Shown in pieces: positions 13,941 through 23,008 of a stretch of 42,400 nucleotides of DNA. Under the pieces are notes generated by a model that was not told where the DNA came from, did not search any database, and saw only the letters and a program-made list of their open reading frames with translations. This stretch comes from a virus, in IMG/VR virus record IMGVR_UViG_3300010371_000021, positions 1 through 42,400 of that record; one strand, given 5' to 3'. Numbering within the stretch: the stretch's first letter is position 1; every line of letters starts with the position of its first letter. The position numbers and the translations under genes are program-made.

Positions 13941-15056
13941 GTGGATTATACACAGATCATAACTACTACGGCACAAAAAGTTGCGCCATTTGTAGTTGAC
14001 GCAGTACACGGTTCATCTGTCCTAGCAGCTCGTGTGTTGGCCAATCCCAAGACATGGGCTATGGGTCAATATGAGCAAAACCCGATCCAGGTTGCAGAAA
14101 GCACCACCGGTGGTGACTTCACTGGACTTGGTAACTTTGACACCTCAGACGTGTCTACAGATGTCAACCTGCAATGGTTGACCAAGGGTTACTACCAGAA
14201 CGTAACTATCCCGATTCCACTGATCTCTCTGAACAACACTGAGGCAGGAATCATTGCGCTTACCAAGCGTAAGATGGATGTTGCTAAGACGGCCATTATG
14301 AGCCAGCTTGGCTCACGTCTGTACGGTCTTGGTACTGGTGACGCCATCGAAGGCCTCCAGCTGATGACCGACGCTGGTACCTACAGTTCAACATATGGTG
14401 GCCAATCGCGCACTACATACGGTCCATACATTAACGGCCAGGTAACTGGTGCGACAGGTGGTATCATTAGCTTCCAAGCGCTGGGTTCACAGATTGACCT
14501 TTGTTCTACCGCTTCTGAGTCATCCGACGCTACTAACCTCATCTTGACTACTAAGTCAATCTGGGGCCTCATTGAGACGATTGTTGAGGCCAAGAACCGT
14601 GGTAACTACACCGTTATGGGTGGCTACAACAAAGTTACTCCATACACTGATATGGGCAGTGCGGTACGTCCAGACCAATTCCCAGTTGGTGGCATTGGTT
14701 TCGACAGCTACTACTTCCGTGGTATCCCAGTGGTGAAGGACGACAAGTGTCCTGCCGGTCTGGTTTACACTCTGAACGAAAACTATCTGAAGTTCATAAC
14801 ATTGCCACTCGTTGGCCTCAAGACCGTTTCGATGGTTCCACAGGTTTACCGTGGCGTGTACAGCCAAGCCGGTGAACAAGGTACCGCTGATCAAACTCCT
14901 GAGAAAGCTACGGCCTTCCAGATCACTGACGAGCGTATGCCAACCAACCAGCTTGGTTACGTGCAACAGATTGTTACCTATGGTAACTTCGCTAATTACA
15001 ACCCTAAGCGTTCCGGCGTATACGGCACTGTCGCTCTGCCCGTAACAACCGTCTAA
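13941..15056 (+). CDS. major capsid protein (probable)
   Basis: GTG start after an AAAGGA SD. 371 aa. Follows the scaffold gene and is preceded by its own promoter/hairpin. Confidence 0.65.
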   Translation: MDYTQIITTTAQKVAPFVVDAVHGSSVLAARVLANPKTWAMGQYEQNPIQVAESTTGGDFTGLGNFDTSDVSTDVNLQWLTKGYYQNVTIPIPLISLNNTEAGIIALTKRKMDVAKTAIMSQLGSRLYGLGTGDAIEGLQLMTDAGTYSSTYGGQSRTTYGPYINGQVTGATGGIISFQALGSQIDLCSTASESSDATNLILTTKSIWGLIETIVEAKNRGNYTVMGGYNKVTPYTDMGSAVRPDQFPVGGIGFDSYYFRGIPVVKDDKCPAGLVYTLNENYLKFITLPLVGLKTVSMVPQVYRGVYSQAGEQGTADQTPEKATAFQITDERMPTNQLGYVQQIVTYGNFANYNPKRSGVYGTVALPVTTV

Positions 15057-15073
15057 GAAAGGAGACTGAAGAT

Positions 15074-15799
15074 ATGGCATTTACAGGTCCAATGCAACTC
15101 AGCACCCAAGATGTTTATAAAGTGTCGACCACGAAGCTTATGCCTCTGGGCACACAGGGTGCGACTCGAGACGGCCGTTTGTTCCGTTATGGTCTTGCTG
15201 GTGCAGTAACACTTGCTCCAGGTAAGATTAACCAGATTGCAGCTGTTGTCGCCAACCACCAAAACATTGCCGTGCAGTCCGCTGCAGCTGTCGGTGACAC
15301 CGTATTGAACGTGACACTAGGTGCAACAGCCACAACCGCTAACCAATACGATGATGGTTATGTAATCGGCTATGACGCGTCTGGCGTTGGCCAAACATTA
15401 CGCATCGCGGGCACTCCAGTCTTGGCTCTAAGCACTTCCGGACCATTCCAACTTGGCGATCCGGTTGCCACCGCTATGACTACGTCAGCTAAGGTTAACC
15501 TCGAGCAGAACATGTGGTCGAACGCTCTGGTGTATGCTACCGGTGCAACAACCTTGCTTTGTAACGGTGTTGTCAACGTATCGCTGCCTGCTGCCAACTA
15601 CGGTTGGTTCCAGACTCGTGGTACTGCCGCAGTGCTAACGAACGGTACAATCGCTGCTGGTTCAGGTGTAATCCCTGGCCAAACAACCGCTGGTTCCGTG
15701 GACATTGAAGCTGCCGGTACAATCACGCAGCGCATCGGATTCCAGCAACAGACTGGTACAAGCACTAAGTACTCAACGACATATCTAACGATTGACTAA
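15074..15799 (+). CDS. virion structural protein (possible capsid decoration/auxiliary protein)
   Basis: AAGGAG SD. 241 aa, rich in Ala/Gly/Thr. Lies immediately after the capsid gene. Confidence 0.55.
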   Translation: MAFTGPMQLSTQDVYKVSTTKLMPLGTQGATRDGRLFRYGLAGAVTLAPGKINQIAAVVANHQNIAVQSAAAVGDTVLNVTLGATATTANQYDDGYVIGYDASGVGQTLRIAGTPVLALSTSGPFQLGDPVATAMTTSAKVNLEQNMWSNALVYATGATTLLCNGVVNVSLPAANYGWFQTRGTAAVLTNGTIAAGSGVIPGQTTAGSVDIEAAGTITQRIGFQQQTGTSTKYSTTYLTID

Positions 15800-15811
15800 T
15801 AGGAGAAAATC

Positions 15812-16231
15812 ATGGCATTACTTGCAGAAGATTTCTTCAATAGCATCTTTAAGTCAACCGGCTTTCGCTTCGGCAAAGGTTTCGGATATGGAACAGGCTC
15901 TGGTGTTGGTGGTGCGGTCACGCAGGCGACCAACCGTACCACAGGTGTGACACTTAACACCGTCACCGGTACGATTACCACAAACAACGCTTCACTAGCT
16001 GCCGAAGCAGCTGCTGTATTTACTGTGACTAATAGCCAGGTAGCAGCAACTGATACAGTGGTAGTATCCATTCAATCAGGTAGCAATGGTGGTAATACCG
16101 ATATTACGGTGATCGCGGTTGCTGCTGGTTCATTTAACATCCAGGTCGCTAACAACAATGCTGCCGCAGGTACGGCCGAAACCGGTGCGATTCTGATAAA
16201 CTTCGCAGTCATTAAGGGTTCAGCAACATAG
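15812..16231 (+). CDS. Gly/Ala/Thr-rich virion protein
   Basis: AGGAG SD. 139 aa with a beta-rich composition. Confidence 0.65.
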   Translation: MALLAEDFFNSIFKSTGFRFGKGFGYGTGSGVGGAVTQATNRTTGVTLNTVTGTITTNNASLAAEAAAVFTVTNSQVAATDTVVVSIQSGSNGGNTDITVIAVAAGSFNIQVANNNAAAGTAETGAILINFAVIKGSAT

Positions 16232-16243
16232 GGAGGACAATAT

Positions 16244-16444
16244 ATGAGTGATACACATCCGAATGCTTTTCGGGTAGAAGCAGCTGAAAAACGCGCACAA
16301 GCTACTCAGCTAAACGCCGAAGCTAAGGCTCTGGAAGACCAGGCAGACACGTTAGAATTTCCGGACGGTAAACCAAAGGAAAACGCTGAAGGTGACTCCA
16401 AGGACAGATCAGAACCTGAAAAGAAGAAGCTTTTCAGTAAGTAA
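16244..16444 (+). CDS. hypothetical protein (66 aa)
   Basis: GGGAGG SD. Charged helical sequence. Confidence 0.65.
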   Translation: MSDTHPNAFRVEAAEKRAQATQLNAEAKALEDQADTLEFPDGKPKENAEGDSKDRSEPEKKKLFSK

Positions 16445-16458
16445 ATTGTTCGCCCTTA

Positions 16459-16494
16459 CAAAACCGGCTCCTTGCATACGAGCCGGTTTTGTTA
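16459..16494 (+). terminator. intrinsic terminator after the head module
   Basis: AAAACCGGCTC-CTTGCATAC-GAGCCGGTTTT followed by GTT. Confidence 0.7.
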
Positions 16495-16522
16495 TAACTT
16501 ATGCTTATAACTAAGGAGTCGT

Positions 16523-16996
16523 ATGCAACCAGAACCAATCATTGATGAACAAGGGTTCATCGCTAAATATTGGCACCCAAACACTGAGGTAGTGACAGTC
16601 ATCAACCCGACGAGTGACGATTACATATTTAAGGCTACTGTGGACGCCGGTGTTGACATGAAGACTGGACGACCACGACCTGAGATGCGCGAATACAGGG
16701 TACCAAAGGGCGGAAGCGAACGTTTCCCTGGTTCGATCGCGAACATGTATCTTGACCAAATGAGCCGACAACTGGCCCAAAAAGACAACAGATTGGACCG
16801 TATGGTTGACTTCTCTGAGCGGGCCAAGTACTATGACCAGCTTACCGCCGATACGGAAGACTTAATTGCCGCGTACACACCTAATCCTGCCTACACTGAT
16901 GACAACCACAGTGTTAAAGAGGAAAAGAAAGAGGAAGTACCATTCTCTGGTGCGAGACGACCTGGACGACCACCTAAGGTAGCACCGCTTACTTAA
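16523..16996 (+). CDS. hypothetical protein (157 aa)
   Basis: AAGGAG SD. Confidence 0.75.
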   Translation: MQPEPIIDEQGFIAKYWHPNTEVVTVINPTSDDYIFKATVDAGVDMKTGRPRPEMREYRVPKGGSERFPGSIANMYLDQMSRQLAQKDNRLDRMVDFSERAKYYDQLTADTEDLIAAYTPNPAYTDDNHSVKEEKKEEVPFSGARRPGRPPKVAPLT

Positions 16997-16997
16997 C

Positions 16998-17816
16998 ATG
17001 AGTAAGCTTGCTGATGCTACAAAACAGGTTGAGGCCGCTACCCGTGACCTAAAACGCGAGCAGCAAGAGTGGAACGTCAGGAAAGCGGATTTGCAGCGGG
17101 ATAATCTCCAACTTAAGACCAAAAATCGTGCTCTAGAGCACAAGAATGCTGCTCTTGAGGAGAAGATAGTACACACTGAAGAGCTTATCGCTGATGCCGG
17201 GCGTCGTTATGGGCTCATCCAGGCCAAAGTAACGGAGATAGAGGCAAAGCTCGATGAGGTAGAGACCAGACACGCCGATAAGACACTCGAACTCGCCGAC
17301 CTGTATGAGGAAGTCAAAAAGCGTAAGCTAACCATTGATAGTGAGCTAGAGGCGTATTCGGTCGAACGTAAGTCTGCGATTAAAGACGACATATTAGCTA
17401 CCAATCAAGAACTTATAGACAATCGGACCGAATTGAAAGTAATACGTACTCAGATCGATGACAGTCGGCTGGAACTTGCGACGCTCAATCAGGCCGCCGT
17501 TCAGGAGCAGGAAGAGCAAAAGATTAGAAAAGTCACCATTGATGAGGATTTGGTTGCTAAACAGGCAGAGCTTGATGAACTACAACGCCAAGCTGATGAT
17601 GTCACGGCTTCTATAAAAAAAGCGCTCTTTGAACGTGATAACGCCCTCCTAGCAACGGCTAAGGCTCGAGAGGAACATAATAAGTTTGTGGCTTACGAAT
17701 CAAAGGCCCGTAAAATACTAGATGCGAAAGACCGTGAATTGGTTGAGCGCTCGAGTAACATAGCCCAGGAAAGCCAGCTCCTAAAGAATAGACGAACCTT
17801 TTTGCCTTCTTTGTAG
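16998..17816 (+). CDS. coiled-coil protein (272 aa)
   Basis: Long heptad-like E/K/L/Q-rich sequence. Confidence 0.75.
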   Translation: MSKLADATKQVEAATRDLKREQQEWNVRKADLQRDNLQLKTKNRALEHKNAALEEKIVHTEELIADAGRRYGLIQAKVTEIEAKLDEVETRHADKTLELADLYEEVKKRKLTIDSELEAYSVERKSAIKDDILATNQELIDNRTELKVIRTQIDDSRLELATLNQAAVQEQEEQKIRKVTIDEDLVAKQAELDELQRQADDVTASIKKALFERDNALLATAKAREEHNKFVAYESKARKILDAKDRELVERSSNIAQESQLLKNRRTFLPSL

Positions 17817-17830
17817 TAAAATGGTGACAA

Positions 17831-19879
17831 ATGGCAACTGACCGCGCCCGACATGATGTCAACCTAAATCCTACACTCGTAGCGGTATCTAGTGTTGATG
17901 GAGAAACACCGGTAAGCCTGTGGGCAGACCCGGTAACCCATGCCCTTCCTATTAGTGCATCTATATCTGGTGCAGACGGCGCTATTGTAGATGGCAGTAA
18001 CGCCACGATTAGAGCGACTGTCCTCAGCCTTACCAACTCTAAGCCGTTGACAGTGGCCATTACTGATACGAGTGGTAACCAAATAAGCTCGTTCGGGGGT
18101 GGAACGCAGTATACCGATGGTGGCACACCACCTGCTAATCCCGTTGGTGGCACAATAGAGTGGAACGAAGGGGGTACATGGAGAACTGTATCTACCGCTA
18201 AACCGTTGCCGGTTACACTGAGCAACGCCTCTGTTGCGGTGACAGGTACATTTTTTCAGGCCACTCAACCGATAAGCGCTTCCACTCTTCCACTTCCTAC
18301 TGGAGCAGCTACTTCGGCAAACCAGACGACCGAGTTGTCTTCTCTAGCAACTATCGCCACCAACACGACTCAGATACCGAGTGTCCCTTCTACAAACAAC
18401 TCATCTACAGCGACATTATTGTCGGGAGCTGTATTTACGGGTACGGGTGATGACTGCATAAACTATTCAGAGATGCGCGTTACTGTCTTTGCCAACGTTG
18501 CAAGTGCGACAGACGGTTTGAGCCTACAGCAGTCCGAAGATAACACGAACTGGGATGTGACTGATACTTACACCATACCCGCAATGTCGGCTGGACAGGC
18601 AAAGACGTATGTTGTGCCGCGCCAGGCACGATATTTCCGCGTAGTATATACCAACGGTGGCACGAACCAGACCACATTTAGACTACAGACGATTCTTAAC
18701 CGAACCGGTACCGCACCGAGCTCGCAGCGTGCTGGTGATGCCTACACAAACGAAACAGACCTTGTACAACAGCAATCTTTCCTCATGGGATACAACGGTA
18801 CGACGTGGGATAGATTGCGCACCACAGGGACTGGTGTACTTACTACTAGCACCGTACTCACTACAGGAGCCGCGACGATAGGTGCCATCTCAAATACAAC
18901 ATTCGCCGCCACCCAGTCGGGGAACTGGACCTCCCGCATAGTTGGTAATGCTGGGGCGACGTTGGACAGCACCGTTGGTGCAGGCACTGCTCCTACCAAC
19001 CAGCAGGTCGTAGGAGCGTTGTATAACTCCACCGAGATATCTCCGACCACGGGACAAGCGTTTGCGCTACAGGCTGACTCAAAAGGGCGTTTGAGGAACG
19101 TCATAATGGACGCCGCCGGCAACACAAGAGGAGCAAACGTTACCGCCAGTAACGCGTTGGTAGTCGATGGGTCAGCGGTTACGCAACCGGTTAGTCTCAC
19201 GTCGACCACGATAACCTCTATTGTGCCGGCAACTGGAGCAACAAACCTCGGGAAATCAGAAGACGCTGCCGCAGCGTCTGGCGACACGGGTGTGTTTGTA
19301 CTTGGCGTGCGCAATGATACTATTGCAACTACAACGTCTAACGACGGCGATTACTCTCAGCTGTCTGTCGACATGCAGGGACGCCTGCTAACGAGGTGCA
19401 CCGGGTTTGCAGACCTAAACACGGGCACAAGTCTAACGAACGCCAATGGTATCTTCTCTCTGATACGCGACGCTGCCGGTAATGCTAGAGGAGCGAATGT
19501 TACTGCGGCTAACGCCTTAGTGGTTGATGGATCAGCCACCACACAGCCTGTGTCTGTCGCTCAGTCCACGAATTCAACATCATCGGCCTATGAGACAAAC
19601 CGCGTTGCTAAGGCGAGCGCAGGTACGCTCTGGGGATTCAGCGGCTATAATTCGAGGACGTCCAGTCAGTTTATACAGATACACAACACCACAAGCCTCC
19701 CAGCAGACACAGCTGTTCCCGTATTTGTAATGATCGTGCCTGCCTCATCGAACTTTGCTGTCGATTTTGGAACGCACGGTAGGGCGTTTACAACAGGTAT
19801 AACCTTCTGCAACTCATCAACGGGCCCAACTAAGACAATTGGTAGTGCAGACTGCTGGTTCGATATTCAATACACATAG
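17831..19879 (+). CDS. tail fibre/receptor-binding-type structural protein with internal repeat
   Basis: 682 aa, rich in Thr/Ser/Gly/Ala. Contains a duplicated ..AAGN[TA]RGANVTA[SA][14 protein letters not shown].. unit. Confidence 0.6.
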   Translation: MATDRARHDVNLNPTLVAVSSVDGETPVSLWADPVTHALPISASISGADGAIVDGSNATIRATVLSLTNSKPLTVAITDTSGNQISSFGGGTQYTDGGTPPANPVGGTIEWNEGGTWRTVSTAKPLPVTLSNASVAVTGTFFQATQPISASTLPLPTGAATSANQTTELSSLATIATNTTQIPSVPSTNNSSTATLLSGAVFTGTGDDCINYSEMRVTVFANVASATDGLSLQQSEDNTNWDVTDTYTIPAMSAGQAKTYVVPRQARYFRVVYTNGGTNQTTFRLQTILNRTGTAPSSQRAGDAYTNETDLVQQQSFLMGYNGTTWDRLRTTGTGVLTTSTVLTTGAATIGAISNTTFAATQSGNWTSRIVGNAGATLDSTVGAGTAPTNQQVVGALYNSTEISPTTGQAFALQADSKGRLRNVIMDAAGNTRGANVTASNALVVDGSAVTQPVSLTSTTITSIVPATGATNLGKSEDAAAASGDTGVFVLGVRNDTIATTTSNDGDYSQLSVDMQGRLLTRCTGFADLNTGTSLTNANGIFSLIRDAAGNARGANVTAANALVVDGSATTQPVSVAQSTNSTSSAYETNRVAKASAGTLWGFSGYNSRTSSQFIQIHNTTSLPADTAVPVFVMIVPASSNFAVDFGTHGRAFTTGITFCNSSTGPTKTIGSADCWFDIQYT

Positions 19880-19886
19880 GAGACAT

Positions 19887-20051
19887 ATGGCAACGGAAAA
19901 TAACCCACCACTTAAGTCAACGCAGGTCTATTCCACGAGTAACGTTACACCGTTGCGCACTATAGACCCAACAACGATCACAACTGCTAACGCCATAAAT
20001 GTTCTGGCCACTCTCGTAGCCGACTTACGAGCTGCTGGTATTCTCCAGTAG
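19887..20051 (+). CDS. hypothetical protein (54 aa)
   Basis: ATG after a TAGGAGA SD. An internal start of ORF 19839-20051. Confidence 0.55.
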   Translation: MATENNPPLKSTQVYSTSNVTPLRTIDPTTITTANAINVLATLVADLRAAGILQ

Positions 20052-20099
20052 AAGCTATACAATACACGTAGAGGGGTCTTTTAAAGAAAGGCTCTATTC

Positions 20100-20579
20100 A
20101 TGTCAACCGTTAGATGGGGAGATATCCCTATTAATTTCCCATGGCCAGCAAACACCGTGTTTCGCCGCAAGGCAGACGACTCAGACTGGGAAACAGTTAC
20201 TATACCGGCAGTCGTGACGAGGGCGTTCTCTGCTCCGACGAGAACACTCAACAGTGCTTTTCAGATATCAACAACTCAGGATGCACAAGTAAGCTACTCT
20301 GTAGACATTGCGACCACAGTATCTCTGTCTGGAGGTGCCGTAGGTACACTGTATCTTCGCTATGCGGACGATAGCGGATTCACCACGAACGTTGTTGAGG
20401 TCGGTCGAACGGTGAATGGAAACACAGGTACGCTGGTCGTAGGTTTGACCCTCAATCAGACTGCTACGGCACAAGTTAATGGTATGATACCTTCGGGCAA
20501 ATATGTCAAGCTTGTGACCGAGAATACTACCGGGACCCCTAGTTTCACTTGGAGATCTGGACAAGAGGTTTTAGTTTAG
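20100..20579 (+). CDS. hypothetical virion protein (159 aa)
   Basis: Clean ORF with a beta-rich composition. Confidence 0.75.
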   Translation: MSTVRWGDIPINFPWPANTVFRRKADDSDWETVTIPAVVTRAFSAPTRTLNSAFQISTTQDAQVSYSVDIATTVSLSGGAVGTLYLRYADDSGFTTNVVEVGRTVNGNTGTLVVGLTLNQTATAQVNGMIPSGKYVKLVTENTTGTPSFTWRSGQEVLV

Positions 20580-20587
20580 TAAACCAC

Positions 20588-20596
20588 TGCTATACT
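20588..20596 (+). promoter_or_regulatory. extended -10 promoter TGCTATACT
   Basis: Same TGnTAnAnT motif family as 10848, 33300, 36094 and 36318. Confidence 0.4.
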
Positions 20597-20602
20597 AAGC
20601 TG

Positions 20603-20691
20603 GTCTCTCACATTTAGACCTCTCTGTGGGAGACAGAAACGTATGATACCAGTGGTGTAGAGAGGTCCGTGGAATGCGTGCCACTGGTATC
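20603..20691 (+). ncRNA. structured ~90-nt RNA element with kissing-loop potential
   Basis: Hairpin 20603-20611/20626-20634 and hairpin 20645-20655/20681-20691 (11 bp perfect). The loop sequences GACCTCTCT (20617-20625) and AGAGAGGTC (20659-20667) are exactly complementary. Confidence 0.4.
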
Positions 20692-20704
20692 ACGCTCATG
20701 TTGC

Positions 20705-20713
20705 TGTTATAAT
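20705..20713 (+). promoter_or_regulatory. extended -10 promoter TGTTATAAT
   Basis: Lies 11 nt upstream of conserved hairpin site B. Confidence 0.45.
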
Positions 20714-20724
20714 CCGAGCTATAC

Positions 20725-20758
20725 ACCTCATAGGTCAGAAGCCTATGAGGTATTTTGC
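20725..20758 (+). terminator. conserved promoter-proximal terminator-like hairpin (site B)
   Basis: ACCTCATAGG-TCAGAAG-CCTATGAGGT followed by ATTTTGC. The stem is identical to site A. Confidence 0.55.
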
Positions 20759-20776
20759 TTAAAAAAGGAATTATGG

Positions 20777-21034
20777 ATGATTCACGTAACTGGAAATACA
20801 GCCGTTAACATACCTCCTTGCGCTGGTATATTGGTGCAGTGCAATGCGACCACGGCTTCTCAGACCTACACGATACTAGAGAACGACGGCACGTCGACTG
20901 TTGTTACGTCACCACTCGTCGGACAACAGTTCTTGTACTACGGCATAAAGAGCAGCTTGGCGATTCCGGCAACGTTTACCGCGTCGCAGGTTGGAGATTG
21001 CAGTATAAACATCTTAAGTAGGACGTTATCATAA
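20777..21034 (+). CDS. hypothetical protein (85 aa)
   Basis: ATG at 20777 after an AAGGA SD. The upstream part of ORF 20669-21034 is occupied by RNA hairpins. Confidence 0.6.
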   Translation: MIHVTGNTAVNIPPCAGILVQCNATTASQTYTILENDGTSTVVTSPLVGQQFLYYGIKSSLAIPATFTASQVGDCSINILSRTLS

Positions 21035-21035
21035 A

Positions 21036-21215
21036 ATGGCTAAGCTTCCAGCTAGGTGGGACCTACCAAACAGCAGTAGCACTGCGGGCCAAACAATTGG
21101 CGCTTTACTTCTCGAGAACGGTAGCTATCTGCTTCTAGAAGATGGTGTAAGCCACCTTCTGCTCGAAGGCGTTGTGTTCACACCTAAAGCGGCAACGCGA
21201 TGGGACGTTCTATAG
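21036..21215 (+). CDS. small protein with LLLE.G..LLLEDG repeats (59 aa)
   Basis: Hand translation gives MAKLPARWDLPNSSSTAGQTIGALLLENGSYLLLEDGVSHLLLEGVVFTPKAATRWDVL. It fills the 21034-21219 gap. Confidence 0.5.
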   Translation: MAKLPARWDLPNSSSTAGQTIGALLLENGSYLLLEDGVSHLLLEGVVFTPKAATRWDVL

Positions 21216-21218
21216 GCC

Positions 21219-22097
21219 ATGGCTGACACAAAAACCACTGGCCTAACGAGTCGGGGTACCCCTGATAGGGCGAACGATATTCTCATGGTCGTCAACGGTT
21301 CGTCGAACTACCAATCGACAGTTAATAACGAACTGGGTATTACTGGTGCGCCGGTTGGCACAACGGATTCCCAAACACTTACGAACAAGGTTCTGACGTC
21401 ACCGACCATATCCGGCCCTACACTCTCTGGAACGATTGCCGGTACATACACCATAGGTGGCACACCAACGTTTCCGGCTACAGTTGTACTAACGAGCGGC
21501 AACCAGACTATAAGCGGAACAAAAACCTTCTCCGGCTTAGTGGCGTCAACACCGACACTAACAAACGCAAGTATTACACAGGATTCAGTGGTCGGATTTA
21601 CTACCGCCAACAACGGCACCGTCTATGGCGTCACAATAACCGGCGGCCAAATCGGTAGCACAGGGTTAGCTACAAATGCAGTACAAGGCAATCAGCTAGC
21701 CACAAATGCCATAACGCTTGGGTACGCACAGATAACTAGTAGCTTCGTGCTCAGTGCTTCACAGACAACGCCTACGCAGGTTACGGGCCTGACATCGACG
21801 GTAACTATACCTGCAGGAAACAGGAAAGTTAAAATCACAGCCTTCTGCGGGAACTTGGTACCCGCTGGTGGCGTCTGCAATCTGAGTATCTGGGACGGGA
21901 CAGTAAACAGCGGAACACAGTTAAACTCGGCCAACAGCTGGAGCACCTCTGGCGGTGGAGTAGTAGCTATTGCTGTTGTAACGCCAAGCGCTGGATCAAA
22001 GACATATAATGCTGGAACCGTGAACACTGGTTTGAACAACGTAACCGTCACTGCATCAACCACTCAGCCAGCTTTTATACTTGTTGAGGCAATATAA
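21219..22097 (+). CDS. tail fibre-like protein
   Basis: The DSQTLTNKVLTSPTISGPTLSGT motif is typical of phage fibre shafts. Thr/Gly/Ser-rich. Confidence 0.65.
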   Translation: MADTKTTGLTSRGTPDRANDILMVVNGSSNYQSTVNNELGITGAPVGTTDSQTLTNKVLTSPTISGPTLSGTIAGTYTIGGTPTFPATVVLTSGNQTISGTKTFSGLVASTPTLTNASITQDSVVGFTTANNGTVYGVTITGGQIGSTGLATNAVQGNQLATNAITLGYAQITSSFVLSASQTTPTQVTGLTSTVTIPAGNRKVKITAFCGNLVPAGGVCNLSIWDGTVNSGTQLNSANSWSTSGGGVVAIAVVTPSAGSKTYNAGTVNTGLNNVTVTASTTQPAFILVEAI

Positions 22098-23008
22098 TGC
22101 TAACGTTTACTGACCAAATCAATCTTTGCAAAGAGATTAGTAATCTTTCTGACGCCACAAGTGTTATCAATTTCAAGCGTGATGTAAACGCTGGCACCGC
22201 TCGCTTTTTATCTAAGCTTAGTCGTCCTGTAGATCGCCAGAGTCGTTTTACGGGGTCTGTTGCTAACCAGCAGTACTACCAGTACCCAGAAGATGCTATA
22301 CGACCTTCACAGGTGATTTATCTGACAGGAACGAACATTTGGATACCACTTATAGAAGTTGGCGACGAAAGAACGTGGCGTCGGATGAACCAATATCCAC
22401 AAACTAGCTCGCAGCCAACACATTTCTTCGTGAGAGGTGGAGATGAGGTTGGCATCTACCCTATTCCATCTAATACGACGGCAGACGGTATAGAAATGGT
22501 CTTCGAACCACGGCACGTGCTTTTAACGGCCGATGACTATACGACCGGTACTTTAGCCATTACAAGCGGCCAAAATACGATTACCGGTACTGGTACTACC
22601 TTTACCTCAACAATGGCCAATGGAAGTTACGTTTTACAAGTTACAGATGGGACAGATGGCCGTTATTACAAGGTTAGCGCCTATTCTAGCTCAACGAGTC
22701 TAACGATTGAGAACTATTACCAAGGAATCACGACTGTTTCTGCGACATACCGAATTGGTCAAGTCAGCAATATCCCCGAAGAATATCAGGAAGCACCGGT
22801 GGACTACGCTATGTATCGTCACCACTTAGGTAAGGGGGAGCTGGAAAAGGCTAACGAGTTCAAATCTCTCTGGGAGGGAAGCCTCGAAGACTGTGAGAGC
22901 ACGTATGGCATGAGCACGAGTAATCAGATCGTTCTCGACAGCAGGATGCTCGGTGCAATGACGCCTAATCCTCTCTTGGACAGCTATTACAACCAGATTA
23001 GGACATAG
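22097..23008 (+). CDS. virion/tail structural protein (303 aa)
   Basis: TAATG-coupled start. Lies within the tail module. Confidence 0.75.
   Translation: MLTFTDQINLCKEISNLSDATSVINFKRDVNAGTARFLSKLSRPVDRQSRFTGSVANQQYYQYPEDAIRPSQVIYLTGTNIWIPLIEVGDERTWRRMNQYPQTSSQPTHFFVRGGDEVGIYPIPSNTTADGIEMVFEPRHVLLTADDYTTGTLAITSGQNTITGTGTTFTSTMANGSYVLQVTDGTDGRYYKVSAYSSSTSLTIENYYQGITTVSATYRIGQVSNIPEEYQEAPVDYAMYRHHLGKGELEKANEFKSLWEGSLEDCESTYGMSTSNQIVLDSRMLGAMTPNPLLDSYYNQIRT

Noticed and set aside
14556-15080. Long antisense ORFs inside structural genes (for example 14556-15080, 17659-18225, 18742-19314, 30248-30673 and 32462-32998, all minus strand)
   Set aside because: They are fully contained in longer + strand genes with clear starts, SDs and protein-like composition. 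They are antisense shadow ORFs, which are common in such regions.
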